A DNA stretch of 64,000 nucleotides. Origin: Chiloscyllium plagiosum (Eukaryota). Position numbers and translations under genes: made by a program. The stretch lies in the NCBI RefSeq assembly GCF_004010195.1, contig NC_057747.1, positions 23,010,642 to 23,074,641 of the forward strand, written 5' to 3'. This document shows positions 37,432-50,400 of this stretch, one piece after another. The stretch's first letter is position 1, and the number at the start of each line of letters is the position of its first letter. The notes beneath the pieces are model-generated. The model had not been told where the DNA came from and ran no database searches. It saw only the letters and a program-made list of their open reading frames with translations.

Positions 37432-37884
37432 GGTTTAGCGAGTTTTGAGAAGATTTGTAGCACAAGTTGAGGTTCTGGATGTAAGTTTGCTCGCTGAGCT
37501 GGGAGATTTGTTCTCAGACGTTTTGTCACCATACTAGGTAACATCATCAGTGGGCCTCCGGTAAAGCACTGGTGGTATGTCCCACTTCTTATTTATGGGT
37601 TTAGGTTTTCTTGGGTTGGTGATGCCATTTCCTGTGGTGATGTCGTTTCCTGTTCTTTTCTCAGTGGGTGGTAAATGGGATACAAGTCAATGTGTTTGTT
37701 GATAGAGTTCTAGTTGAAATGCCATGCTTCTAGGAATTCTCGTGCGTGTCTCCAGCAGGTCTGCAATTCAGGCAGCAATTCAGGCAGCGTCCAACGAGCA
37801 GCGAAATCGACGTTTCAGGCAAAAGCCCTTCATCAGGAATAAAGGCAGAGAGCCTGAAGCGTGGAGAGATAAGCTAGAGGAGGG
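37432..37884 (-). mobile_element. Two adjacent Penelope terminal fragments from different families
   Basis: 37432-37751 resembles 16950-17200; 37752-37884 is a direct repeat of about 39480-39595; hammerhead cores present. Confidence 0.75.
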
Positions 37885-37908
37885 AACAGGTTTCAAGTCA
37901 ATCCAGTA

Positions 37909-38526
37909 TGTTAGAAACAAAATTCAATAAAATTATACGAGACCACCAAAGCTGGAAACAAGACAATTTATTCTACGATCTTGCAAGAAAGGACCCCAAT
38001 TGCAGAAAGCAATTGAAGTGATGATTATTCAAACTACTACACAGTTATACTTTTGAGCTGCGCGAGGTCACCTCTCCCGACTCCTGCATTACTCAATCTC
38101 CCTTAGTATTTTGCCTCTGCCCATCTATGCTCCACACCCATTGCCCCCTTCCCCAGGTTGGCAACCTTCCTCCCTGTAAGTGCTGACACATTATTTTGTC
38201 GATAGTACATCAAGATCTGGTTTAACATTTTGTATCAGTTCTGCTGGTACATTCCATCTTCGGACATTTCATTAACTTGTATCATTTTGTATAGCCCAAG
38301 CATTTCAGTTATCTCAGCTTTTTGCTGAAAGCATAATTTTTAAAAAGAATTTATTTGCTATAATAATTACACACCAAAGTTAGTATTTAATTAACCACAA
38401 TTATACACTGAAAAGTAGAGATACTCTTCCCTAAATACCTGCAGAGTTAATAGTTCTCTTGCTGTACCCCTTTTCTGTATGCTTTTTCTATATCTGCAAA
38501 AACAACACTTTTCCCCATTTCTAACA
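37909..38526 (-). mobile_element. ERV 3' LTR (618 bp)
   Basis: 9-bp terminal inverted repeat TGTTAGAAA...TTTCTAACA; purine tract GGGAAAAGAAAAGAAATGGGGGAGT (38551-38527) directly upstream; GTATAA at 38050-38045 and AATAAA at 37972-37967 on the - strand. Confidence 0.85.
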
Positions 38527-39422
38527 ACTCCCCCATTTCTTTTCTTTTCCCATTTGTTGTTTTTGCAGTTTTATTTTCTGCCCTCTTTTAACTCTACGGT
38601 GCAGAGGTTCACAATCTTGCCATTTCTGTCCTTCTAAATCTGTCTTTTTCAAACTCCAGGAGTAATCTGCTACTCCCTCTTTCTTGCGCTTGTATTGTCC
38701 TCCCAAAGACATTACCAGCTTAGTCATTATCCATTTTAACACATTGAATCCTAGCAGTAAACCTACAATTATTAGTAATAGATGTATGCCTAAATTAGCT
38801 GCCCATTTTCCCCAACCGGTCAGTCTCCAGTCACCCCATCCCCATCTTTCATCTTTTCGGCGTTCATCCGCAATTTCTCTTATATTGCTTATCTTTTTCT
38901 TTACTATTTCTGCCGTATCTTCCACTATGGGATGAAGGTGCAGCATTCCTTACCAATCAGCGCACAAGTTCCCCCTTTTTCGGCCAAGAGATAATCTAAA
39001 GCCATTCGATTCTGTAAAGCTGTTAGTCTTGTTGCTATCATTTTGGTGGTTATGGCTGATATCTGGGATTGAGTTTCTCCCATTGCGCCGGTGGTATCCT
39101 TAATTACATTTTCAAGGGCAGCCACCAGTTTCTGTATTTCCACCCCTGCCCTTGTAGTGCTGTAGTTTGGGAGTAGTGTCCACAGCAGGCGGTCTCCTTC
39201 AGGGACCTCTCGGGTCTTACGTCTTTTTCCCCCCCCCCCTCCTTTCTTAGGTTGGGCTATTCGGAGGTGAGGGACTATATAAGCAAGGTATTGGAACCAC
39301 TCTAGCCTTTCTTGTTTTAAGGCAATACTTCATCAATTTCATTACATGCATTTATTTTCACACATTCGGTTTCACGAATGTATTTTTCCCCGGGAATAAA
39401 TGGATAGGCCTTCAGACCACAT
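38521..39422 (-). pseudogene. env: Endogenous retrovirus env remnant (end of SU plus TM subunit), frameshifted
   Basis: KRRKTR cleavage site, heptad repeat, immunosuppressive domain LQNRMALDYLLAEKGG, CX6CC motif (CALIGKECC), Trp-rich juxtamembrane region and TM helix LGIHLLLIIVGLLLGF; frameshifts near 38930 and 39320. Confidence 0.9.
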
Positions 39423-40160
39423 AGGTAAAAACAATGACTGCAGATGCTGGAGACCAGATTCTGGATTAGTGGTGCTGAAAGAGCACAGCAGTTCAGGCAG
39501 CATCCAAGGAGCTTCGAAATCGACGTTTTGGGAAAAGCCATTCATCAGGAATAAAGGCAGTGAGCCTGAAGCGTGGAGAGATAAGCTAGAGGAAGGTGGG
39601 GGTGGGGAGAAAGTAGCATAGAGTACAATGGGTGAGTGGGGGAGGGGATGAAGGTGATAGGTCAGGGAGGAGAGGGTGGAGTGGATAGGTGGAAAAGGAG
39701 ATAGGCAGGTAGGACAAGTCCGGACAAGTCATGGGGACAGTGCTGAGCTGGAAGTTTGGAACTAGGGTGAGGTGGGGGAAGGGGAAATGAGGAAACTGTT
39801 GAAGTCCACATTGATGCCCTGGGGTTGAAGTGTTCCAAGGCGGAAGATGAGGCGTTCTTCCTCCAGGCGTCGGGTGGTGAGGGAGCAGCGATGAAGGAGG
39901 CCCAGGACCTCCATGTCCTCGGCAGAGTGGGAGGGGGAGTTGAAATGTTGGGCCATGGGGCGGTGTGGTTGATTGGTGCGAGTGTCCCGGAGATGTTCCC
40001 TAAAGCACTCTGTTAGGAGGTGCCCAGTCTCCCCAATGTAGAGGAGACCGCATCGGGAGCAATGGATACAATAAATGATATTAGTGGATGTGCAAGTAAA
40101 ACTTTGATGGATGTGGAAGGATCCTTTAGGGCCTTGGATAGAGGTGAGGGAGGAGGTGTA
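39423..40160 (-). mobile_element. Penelope-like element 3' part (GIY-YIG endonuclease plus terminus)
   Basis: ORF 39762-40163 IIYCIHCSRCGLLYIGET...RRLEEERLIFRLGTLQPQGIN; degenerate hammerhead near 39520-39550. Confidence 0.88.
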
Positions 40161-43100
40161 CATTTAAGTTGTCATTGAACAAGCATATGGACGTACATGG
40201 AATAGTGTAGGTTAGATGGGCTTCAGATTGGTATGACAGGTTGGCGCAACATCGAGGGCCAAAGGGCCTGTACTGCGCTGTAATGTTCTATATGTTCTAT
40301 GTGTGAGATGCCTTATTTCCCAGCCACCATCTGTTCTCAAGAAGGGTCACTGGACCTGGAGCATTAACTCTGCTTTCTCTCCATGCAGGCTGTCAGGTCT
40401 GCTGAGTTTCTCCAGCACTTTGATTTTTTTTTCAGATTTCCAACATCTGCAGTTCTGTTTATTTCTGAAATACTGTTACCGTGACAATACCACTGCGCCA
40501 CTGTCTTCCCAAATGTTTTTAGGGGAAACCCTTGGAATATGTCAGTAAATGCTGTTAATGCCCAAGAATATATCAATTTTGTGAGAGTTGTCTGAGGGTA
40601 GTTACTGGGAAGCAGGCTGAAGGGAGACATTGGATCGCTAGGATGTTGTCAACATATGCAGGAGGTCATTTGAGTTGATATGGCAAAGAAAGAAAAACGA
40701 CATTGCAGCTATTCAGCACCTTTCAGATCCTCAGAACTTTCCAAAGTATTTTTACAGCCAAAGGAAAACATTTTTGACATGCAGTCACTCTTATTACTTT
40801 GGCAGATTATGAGTGAAACATGATGATTTGTGTTGATTAGTCCAGAAATTGGCTGAATTGTCATCTGTAGCTTCCAAACAGCGTCACTGTTAAGGATTGA
40901 TTTTCTTACAGCACGTTCCTAGAATGCAACATCACTTCTTGGGAAGGTCATTAAGGAATTTCAGGGACTTGTGCAAAAATTGATGAAGAATTCATGTTGA
41001 TTTTCCAATACATGCAGAGTGTCTCAAGTCTGGCCCTCCAAAAACTGGATAAAATCAAAATTCTGCAGATGGTGGAAATGTGAAGCAAACACTGAGAATG
41101 CTGAAGACACTCAGCAGCATTTGTGAGAATTAATACTTCAAGTTATATTAAATATATCCCTTGATCTATATAAATACTGAATAATTCCAATATTTCTTAA
41201 TAATGTTTTAAAGTTCAGTATTGAATGTGATAGATTGGTGAGATGACATTTGAAGTCTTAACAGTTGTTGCATTAAGCAGAATTTAAGGTTCAGCTCCAA
41301 AGGTTGCTGAAGAATTCCTTACTGGCTAAATTAAGGTTCAGTCATTTAGATTACATGCTGAATAGAAAATTCCTTAGCTTGCAAAAACAAGAATTGTTGT
41401 TAACATCTGCCATTCAATGAGGTCATGGGCTGATCTGATTTTAACTTCAACCCTACATTCCTGCACATTTGTAAGTGACAATAACATGTAATATAATTGT
41501 CAATACAGATTCGTTAATACAGTAGGCTCATCCATGTCAACATGATATGCTATATGTGTTAAATATACAGGTTGAATGACAAGTGTGTAACGTGGACATT
41601 TGTTCTGAAAAAGTGACAGGTCAGCAATATAGTTGCAAACCGCTTTGGGGAAGTTGAAAAATGTCATAAAAGGAACTATGCAGATCAATCATTGTGGCTG
41701 GTGAAGGGGAGATGGCAAAATGCTGACAATAGCATTTAGATTTCTGAAACTAAAACAAAATACAGGGAGTATTAAATACGTATGGCAGCATCTGTGGAGA
41801 GAAAAACAGTTGATGCTTCAGATAGATCTTTCATGGGCTCTGCCCTAAAAGGCTTTGTTAATGGTATGTTTGCATGTGCCTTTTCCATATCATTTGCACA
41901 TCTATCTGTGTCGTTTGTTCGCTTGTGATTGCCTGTCAAGAGGAGTATCCTTGATGGTTTCCTACGAAAATTAGATGAGCAACCTCACAGAGGCTAGTTC
42001 AATTGCAACATGTAAAAGGCATCTGGATGGGTATATGAATAGAAAGGTTTTGAATGGATATGAGTCGGGTGCTGGCAGGTGGGACGAGATTGGTTTGGGA
42101 TATCTGGTCGGCGTGGACAAGTTGGACCGAAGGGTCTGTTTCTGTGCTGTACGACTCTATGAGTCTATGTCCCAAATACTCTTTCACCTACTTGGTATCT
42201 ACCTCTGTCTTAAATATATTTTTTTAAAAATTTAACTCCTCTGTATCCACTGCCTTTTAAGAAAGGAAATTCTGACACTTATTTTCTTATCTGTATCTTA
42301 ATTGGCAACCCTTATTTTTAAGCTATAAACCTTAATTCTAAATTCTCCCACAAGAGGAAATATCCTTTCAACATTCATTCAGTCAAGTCCCCACAAAATT
42401 GAATGTGTTTCAATTAAGTACATGTATTTAAGCTTTTATATCTTTTGCTTGATGGAAGAGGTTGGAAGAAATTATAGCTGTGGTGGGAAGAGTTTTTGAT
42501 TATGTTTCAATTAAGTCTCCTTCGACTCATCTAACTTTCCCCATAAGGCAATCAACTCGCATTACAGAAGATCTTTCATGACCTACAAATGTCCCACAGG
42601 CAACAGAATACTTTGAAGAATAATAACTGCTGTAAATAAGATGCATGAGAATTAAGAGACGCATTAATGTATGAATTTTAAGCGAGATTGATTTTTCTTT
42701 TATGTTTCATTTCGCTTCCTTGTTCATCTGTACTTTATAACTTGCACTCACCAACTTTAGAAGTTGCTGTTCCATCCTTTGGTGATTTTATTTCAAAAGT
42801 ATACTTTACTCATAAAAAAGTTTATATATATATGACACACACATACATTGTCACAAACACCATTTGGTTCTGAACACCTGGTGCCTCAAATGCATGCAAC
42901 TATATTTTATTTCAGTTTCCTCCATTAGTGGCGTTTTACATCTATGTCATGTGTCATAAACATTCACCAATTGCTTTACACGTAACAAAATATACTGTGT
43001 CTTAGTTATCTAATAACTTTCAGTTGATGTTATTTTTAATCTTTTGTTAAAAGTTTTAAAACACAAAATCTGGCCATTTGATCCTTTTGAGTTGATGACT

Positions 43101-44859
43101 GAGAATTCAAAATTATTTTCAAAAATGGTAAAAGTAAAAGGTTCTGTTGTTTCATTTCAGACCTTCACCAGTACTTTGCTTCTACTTAAAAGTTCTTGGT
43201 CTCTAAGGGGATCATAACAAGAGTTTGCTACATCTCTTCTCCTCCCTTCAAAGTAAAACCTGTTGGCTTGACCATAGAATACTTGATTGACTTAAAAATA
43301 AAACACCAAGCATCTGCATACTTTCCCAATCGAAAGAAGGGCTGACTCCCAGCCCAACTGTTTGTTTTGGAGCGTTGTGGATTCCATGGACCACATGTAT
43401 ATTGGTTGTGGGTGTTTGCACTCCTGGGTTAGCTATCGGAAAGACCTTCTGTTCTGTTTTTGGTTGCACTTCAGCCGCATGCTCCTGATCGTTGGGCATC
43501 TGGCGCAGAGGGGAGCAGGCAGGTCAGCAGATCTCCCTGTGGGTCTGTTCCTGGGCCTGGCTAGTCTAGCCGGCCATTAACAGGTCTTGGCAGTGGGCCA
43601 AAGAAGGGATCATCATGGCCAACTGCCTATCCTTCATCTGTGGTTATGTTTGTGCCCTGGTGTCCCTGGAGAAGGAGCACACAGTCCACCAATACTCTCT
43701 ATGCTTTTAGTGAGAAATGGGCACTGCAGGAGGTGGAGTGCTTTATTTGCCCTTCAGTTCTATTTTGATTTTGTACTCCCCTCCTCCCCTTCACTTCTTC
43801 TTTCACATAGGCATCGTCCCTACAGGCTCTGTCCGACACTGCTTTCCTGGCTACATGGGTATTTTTCCTGGTGGTGGATCTGTTGATTAAAATTACTTTG
43901 CACATTGTTTTTTTTTTAAAACGAGTCCCTGCACTTACTCACACACACACAACGGGTCTGTGGGGAAAAATAAGCACTACTGATTTACATGCGTTTTTGT
44001 TCATTGTTATAATTTGTCTAGAAAGACCAGGGAAAGAGACTAAATTGAGGCAGGCCTGTTCACAAGCCTAAATAAATAAGAATAGCTTGGCAACTGAAAA
44101 TGTACTTGTGGCATATTATATAATAAGAGTATGTTATTGACCAAATATCAGACTCTACTTCAGGTGCCATCTCATCCTTCAAGGATTGCATTTTTCCATG
44201 GATGGAAGAATCTAGGCTTGCTTTTGAAGTGCGTTTAGTTATTCAACTCTTTAAATAGACTGATTGTGATAAATGGCAAGTGCCCTTGTTAATTCTAGTC
44301 AAGAGGGGACCCTAAATCAGTTAGCTGATTTAAGATGCCAAACGCTGCCAATACCTCAGTTCCCTTCCAATACTGGCTGGGATTGTCATGAAGGGCCCAT
44401 TTCTCAATGTCAGGTTAAACTTACCCATAGTTCTCTTTCTCTCTCTGTAGAGAGTGTGGTCCATGGCCCTCTGGGACTTTAGCAACCTTCTTGAAATATT
44501 TCAGAAACGCTCAGCACAAACTAAACGTTTCTTTGCAAACCAAAGTGTTTTTTTATTGCATGCAATGGGTTTGCAATTTGGTTCCTCTGCTGCGTAGAAA
44601 TACAGTACATTTTAACATGATGTCAAAACCTTTCTTTAGCGAGCTGCCAGAATAGAGGACAGGAGATTGTGTGTGTGTGTGTGTGAGAGAGAGAAAATGA
44701 TCCCTGTTGTTTTAATTCACCCATAAAGAATGGTGTACATGAATTAACCCTTCATAGGTACTACAATAAGAGAAGAAAGCCAGTACTGCCTGAAGTAGTT
44801 GTATTTTCAGCTCCCTATGAACAGCGCAGCAGTAATCAGATCTTGGCTGTAGCTTTTAA

Positions 44860-45990
44860 AATCGTGGAGATGTACAGCACAGAAAGAGGTCCTTCGGTCC
44901 AACTCATCCACGCCAATCAAATATCCTAACCTAATCTAGTCCCATTTGCAAGCATTTGGTCCATATCCTTCTAAACTCTTCCTACTTATGTGCCCATTCA
45001 GGTGTCTTTTAAATACTGCAATTGTACCAGCCTCCACCACTTCCTTTGGCAGTTCGTTCTATACATGCACCATCTTCTGTGTGAAAAAGTTGCCCCTTCA
45101 GTCCCTTTTAAATCTTTACCTTCTCACTTAAACTTATGCTCTCTAGTTTTTGACTCCCCCACCCCAACGAACAGACATTATCTATTTACTCTATCCATGC
45201 CTTTATAATGACTTTATAAACCTCTATAAGGTCACCCCTCAGCCTCTGACCCTCCAGAGAAAATAGCACCAGCCTATTCAGCCACTCTCTATAGCTCAAA
45301 CCCTCCAAGCCTGGCAACATCCTTGTAAATCTTTTCTGAACCCTTCGTGACCTGACCAATGTCCTATATAGCCACAACATGACATCCCAACTCCTTTACT
45401 CAATGCACTAACCAATAAAGGCAAGCATACCAAACGCCTTCTTCACTATCCTAACTACCTGCAACTTCACTTTCAAGGAACTATGAACCTCCATTCCAAG
45501 GTCTCTTTGTTCAGCAGCACTCCCCCAGGACCTTACAAGTCCTGCCCTCTTTTGCCTTTCCAAAATGCAGCATCTCACATTTATCTAAATTAAACTCCAT
45601 CTGCCATTCCTCAGCCCATTGGCCCATCTGATCAAGATCCCATTGTAATCGGTGGTAACCTTCTTCGCTGTCCAATTTTGGTGTCATCTGCAAACTTACT
45701 AACCATAACTCATATAAATAACTTGGATGTGAACATAGAAGTGACGAAAAGCATTGATCCTTGCAGCACATCCCCAAAGGGCACAGGCCTCCAGTCTGAA
45801 AAGCAATCCTTCACCACCTCCCTCTGACTTCTACCTATGTACCAGTTCTGCTGTATCCAAATGGCTAGTTGTCCCTGATTCCATGCGATCTAACCTTCCT
45901 AACCAGTCTATTATGAAGAACCTTGTCAAACGCCTTACTTAAGTCCACATAGATCACGTCCACCGTTCTGCTCTCATCAATCCTCTTTAT
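44860..45990 (-). mobile_element. CR1/HER1 LINE, 5'-truncated
   Basis: [36 protein letters not shown]. Confidence 0.87.
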
Positions 45991-46309
45991 TACTTCTTCA
46001 AAAAAAAACAATCACGTTAGTGAGACAATTTCCCACACATAAAGCCTTAAAATGCACAGAATGCATTTAATGGATAGAAGTGATTCATCAAGTCCAACAC
46101 TGAGGCACTGAAATGTGCAAACATTGTCAAGAGTATAATTGTTAAATATATCAAAAATTGTAACAACTAATAGTTGCTTAAATATTTCAATGAAATTCAA
46201 TGTAACTGGATTTAATTGCTTAAGTTGTGTGCATTGCTATTCAGTCTATATAATACAAAAGATGATCAACTCCAATTGTATATTTTTCAATGATTCAGGT
46301 TTCTAATCA

Positions 46310-46610
46310 CAGAATCCCCATAGTGTGGAAGCAGGCCATTTGGCCCAGAGACCACAGCAACCCTCCAAAGAGCATCGCACCCAGACCCAGCCCCTCCCTA
46401 TAATGCTTCCATTCCCCATGGCTACACCTCCTTGGAAACTAGGGGCAGTTTAACAAGACCAATCCACCTAACCTGTACATGTTTGGACTGTGGGAGGAAA
46501 CACATGCAGACACAGGGAGAATGCCTGTGTGGAATGAGCAGAGTTGCCCAAGGCTAGAATTGAACCCAGGTTTCTGGCACTGTGAGGCAGCAGAGTCACC
46601 TTGCTGCCTG
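46310..46610 (-). mobile_element. Older HE1-type SINE
   Basis: tttggactgtgggaggaaa core, reverse orientation. Confidence 0.68.
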
Positions 46611-47235
46611 TAATTAACTTAATTCCTTTGTGGGTGGACTTTGGGAAATGATTTTAACATTATTTAACATTAACATTATTTACCTGAATATTGCCAGCAT
46701 TCTTTTGAAACAACCATCCTCAAACTTCAAGAAATTAAAGTTATAAAGTAGAAATTTATGTAGATTTTAGCAACATTCCCTTACCTCATTTCAGATTTTC
46801 TATATTCTGATAGAGCTCCCATATCCCGCAGTCTGATTTGACTTGAAGACAACAGGGACTTATTCAGTTTGGTTTTTAAAAAGGAAATCTATTCTGGGAA
46901 AATACCAAGCGTAAAACACTTTTTAAACACAAATCTCAGGATGTATCTTTTAAAATAAGCACATAATGCTCTGATGATGCCAATGATTTCAATAGGATCC
47001 ATATCAATAATGCCTTAATGCAGTGATCACTTTGTGATAATCTCCTATATCCCCTGTTATACATAGAAGACACCTATTCCGGTTTATAAATGTTATAGAA
47101 GAAAAGTCTGATACAATGAACATTTGTTGGGTTTTACAGCTACTTCATTAATACCTGACCAAGCACATAAATCAAATGAGAAAGAAATAGTTTCTACGCA
47201 GCAAACAATCCGACAAATACACCAATTGAAAAATT

Positions 47236-47424
47236 TCAGGATGGCTGCTGACTTTCGGTCCATTCCTTGATTAGTTGATGTGCTACAGCCCACGGTGGTG
47301 GGATCCAAAATGGAACATCTCCCATTTCTTTCTTGGTGGGCATCCGCTTACGTTTTAAAGCTTCCGTTAGCTCCTTAGCATCAAACCAGCGAGCAGCCTC
47401 AAGCTCCGAGTGGTTCAGGTCAAT
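47236..47424 (-). CDS. NUDT13: NUDT13 last coding exon
   Basis: [14 protein letters not shown]...[17 protein letters not shown] then TGA. Confidence 0.93.
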   Translation of the reverse strand: MDLNHSELEAARWFDAKELTEALKRKRMPTKKEMGDVPFWIPPPWAVAHQLIKEWTESQQPS

Positions 47425-50400
47425 CTAGTCATAATCAAATGAAAGTCAGCAATTTGGAAATTACAGCACTGGTAGTGAAACACTTGTCAGATATAACAGT
47501 AATACTGGAACCTCTGTTAACGTAAGGAAATCAAGGCTCTATCGCAATTCTGCAACTGGTTAAAGGTTAGAAACAACTGAAAACTAGCTCGTTAGCAATT
47601 TGTCTGCGTTAACAACTAATGGCTGTTTTACACAAAGAGATTGTGATGATTGCCTGACAAGGGAAAGACCAACTTCTCCACAGTGAACAACGGGAGTTTC
47701 AAAGAGTTTGGGAATTCAGCGTTAGCATCTCTCTTTGGCTGCTTGTTATGTTCAAAACATCCACTTGGTTAAAGAGTTCAACTGTAAATCCTTTTTTATA
47801 TCCGGTGTAAAGATTAAATGATAGGCAAGATAGGCAAGAATAAGGATGAGTAAGAAATTTCTGGTCTTGTTGACAATGCACAAATCCTGAGAATGAACAA
47901 AATTGATTTAGTACATTTTAGCTGATTTCACTTAGAAATAAAAGACAATTTTTCCCTTGCCTTCCTAAATCAGGATGTGTTGACCAATTCCAAGGCATTA
48001 TCACATTTTATGTGGAGAATAACATTCTGACATCAATCCGAGGTTTGTTTGGATTAGTTTAGACATGGCTTTTAGAACCAAGGTCTGGCACCAGCAAATT
48101 CTGCAGCAAGGGCTGCTCCTTTTAATTTGGATAAAGCGCAATAGGGGAATCGTAGAAACAGCTTTGCTTGACATCCAGTTCCTGTTACTTCTGACCTTGG
48201 AGTACTCTCCATATACTTTGGGTAACAAAAATGGAAAATACTCAATTCCTCATACTATCGTTAACACGCTTTAGAAGGTTATTGAATAAAAATAAAGAGG
48301 TTGGATCTGCAATACTTATTTTTTTTCTAAGAAAAGAGGATTAGAGTATCTTTAAAAAAAGTGTGCAATGAGTATTGATATAGATATTTTCATTGGACAT
48401 GATGGTGTTAGCATTTGTTCAGTGACTAACAACTTTCACTTCTCAGTCAGAAACGTCTAGTACAGGTTCCACAAACGTGAGCACCAGATTTTAGCTGGAT
48501 AATATGGATCCTAAGGGAACGCTTCATTGTTAGAAGGGCTGTATACACTTGGGTAGAGTTAAAGATCCCACAGGTTAAAAAAAAAGGACTGCAGATGCTG
48601 GAAGCCAGAGTCTAAGGTGTAGGTTTGCTCACTGAGCTGTAGGTTTGATATCCAGACGTTTCATTACCTGGCTAGGTAACATCATCAGTGGCGACCTCCA
48701 AGTGAAGTGAAGCGGTTGTCTCCTGCTTTCTATTTATATTTTTCTCCTGGATGGGGTTCCAGGGGTTTGTGGTGATGCCATTTCCTGTTTGTTTTCTGAG
48801 GGGGTTGATAGATGGCATCTAGATCTGTGTGTTTGTTTGTGGCGTTGTGGTTGGAGTGCCAGGCCTCTAGAAATTCTCTGGCATGTCTTTGCTTAGCCTG
48901 TCCCAGGATAGATGTGTTGTTCCAGTCGAAATGGTGGTTTTTTTCAGCCGTGTGTAGATAAAAATAGAAAGCAGGAGACAACAGCTTCGCTTCATTTGGA
49001 GGTCGCCACTGATGATGTTACCTAGCCAGGTAATGAAACGTCTGGATATCAAGCCTACAGCTCAGCGAGCAAACCTACACCCTAAACCTCAACCTGAGCT
49101 ACGAACCTTCACAAACCTTGCAAAAACCAGAGTCTAGATTAGAGTGGTGCTGGAAAAGTTGAGGCAGCAACTGAGGAGCAGGAAAATCGACGTTTCGGGC
49201 AAAAGCCCTTCATCAGGAAATGATCCTTAAAGATCCCACAGACCTGTTTTGAAAAAAAATGCAAGATCGCGCTGGTGTCCTGGCCAATATTTATCTTTCA
49301 ACCAACAACATTCAAACAGATTAACAGACTCTTATCAAATTTTCTAGATGCACCATAGGAAGCATTCTAACCGGATGCATCACGGCTTGGTATGGCAACT
49401 GCTCTGCCCAGGACTGTAAGAAACTACAGAGAGTTGTGGACATAGCACAGTCCATCATACAAGCCAAATTTCCATCCATTGACTCCATCTATAGTTCTTG
49501 CTGCCTTAGGAAGGCAGCCAACACGGTCACAAAGTCCCCTCCCATCCTGGTTAAAATCTCTTCTAACTTCTTCCATCAAAACCAACAGATTATAGAACAG
49601 CTTCTTCCTTTGTTACTAGACTTCTGAATAGACCTCAAATTTCAAACTCAATGCTGACCTCACACTTTGTGCAGCTTCTCTGCAGTTAGAACATAATATT
49701 GCTTCCCTTGTTCTATTACCCGGATGCACTTTTTATTGTATGACCTGCCTGTACTGCATGCAAAACAAACATTTCACTGTACCGCGGTACGTGTGACAAG
49801 AATAAATCAAATCAAGCTTATCCAGTAAGTATAGCATTGCTGTTTTTAGAGAGCTTGCTGTGCACAAATTGCTCACCGCATTTCCTACAAGTGGCTATAG
49901 TCCAGTAGAAATTAATTTCTTGAGATTGTGAGGATAAATAGAAACAAGTCTTTCTTTTAAAAGAAAGAAACTGGCAAAGTTATGCTGCACTGAACCCACA
50001 CACCTTTCTGTTGCAAAACGCTCTTTGCAGCTTTTAGAGCGAGGCACTAAGTGGGGACAGAACAAGACAAATAGAGTCAACGTTAACCACTTCTGTTATC
50101 TGCTACCTTTTTTTTGTTTTACAGGACAAGAATGGCAAAGTCACTGGATGCGGTGTCCAGTCCAGCAGCAGAGACAGGGCAAGATGAAAGAATACAAAAT
50201 AACCAAATAAACTAGATATTTCCTATAATTATTTTCATTTTCCTCATATCTTTGATCAGGACACTAATTTGCAGAATCTTATCTACCATCGGCCTGTTTT
50301 CTCTGCTCTCCACAAGTCTGACACAACTTACCTTGTTCTGCCCTGGTTGCACCATTGCATGGCAAGCAATCATCAGTGAGCTGTTGGGAAAGGGCCAGTG

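Larger units (their letters stand above)
48615..49126. mobile_element. Fold-back Penelope element nested in another Penelope terminus
   Basis: Arms about 48615-48740 and 48960-49083; GIY-YIG C-terminus (REFLEAWHS) between them; TSD ccagagtcta at 48605 and 49127. Confidence 0.88.

Noticed and set aside
37885-37908. TGG shortly after the LTR end as a primer-binding site
   Set aside because: No recognisable tRNA 3' complement, and the upstream PPT and env identify this as a 3' LTR.
38521-39422. env as a domesticated syncytin-like gene
   Set aside because: It is 5'-truncated, lacks a signal peptide and has two frameshifts.
42780-43930. Cluster of short ORFs as a gene
   Set aside because: No consistent frame or splice pattern; probably a decayed LINE (Tx1/L1-like), too degraded to call.
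48652-49219. Heterodimeric double hammerhead between the two minus-strand motifs
   Set aside because: Their stem I strands (CCA/TGG versus TTC/GAT) are not cross-compatible.
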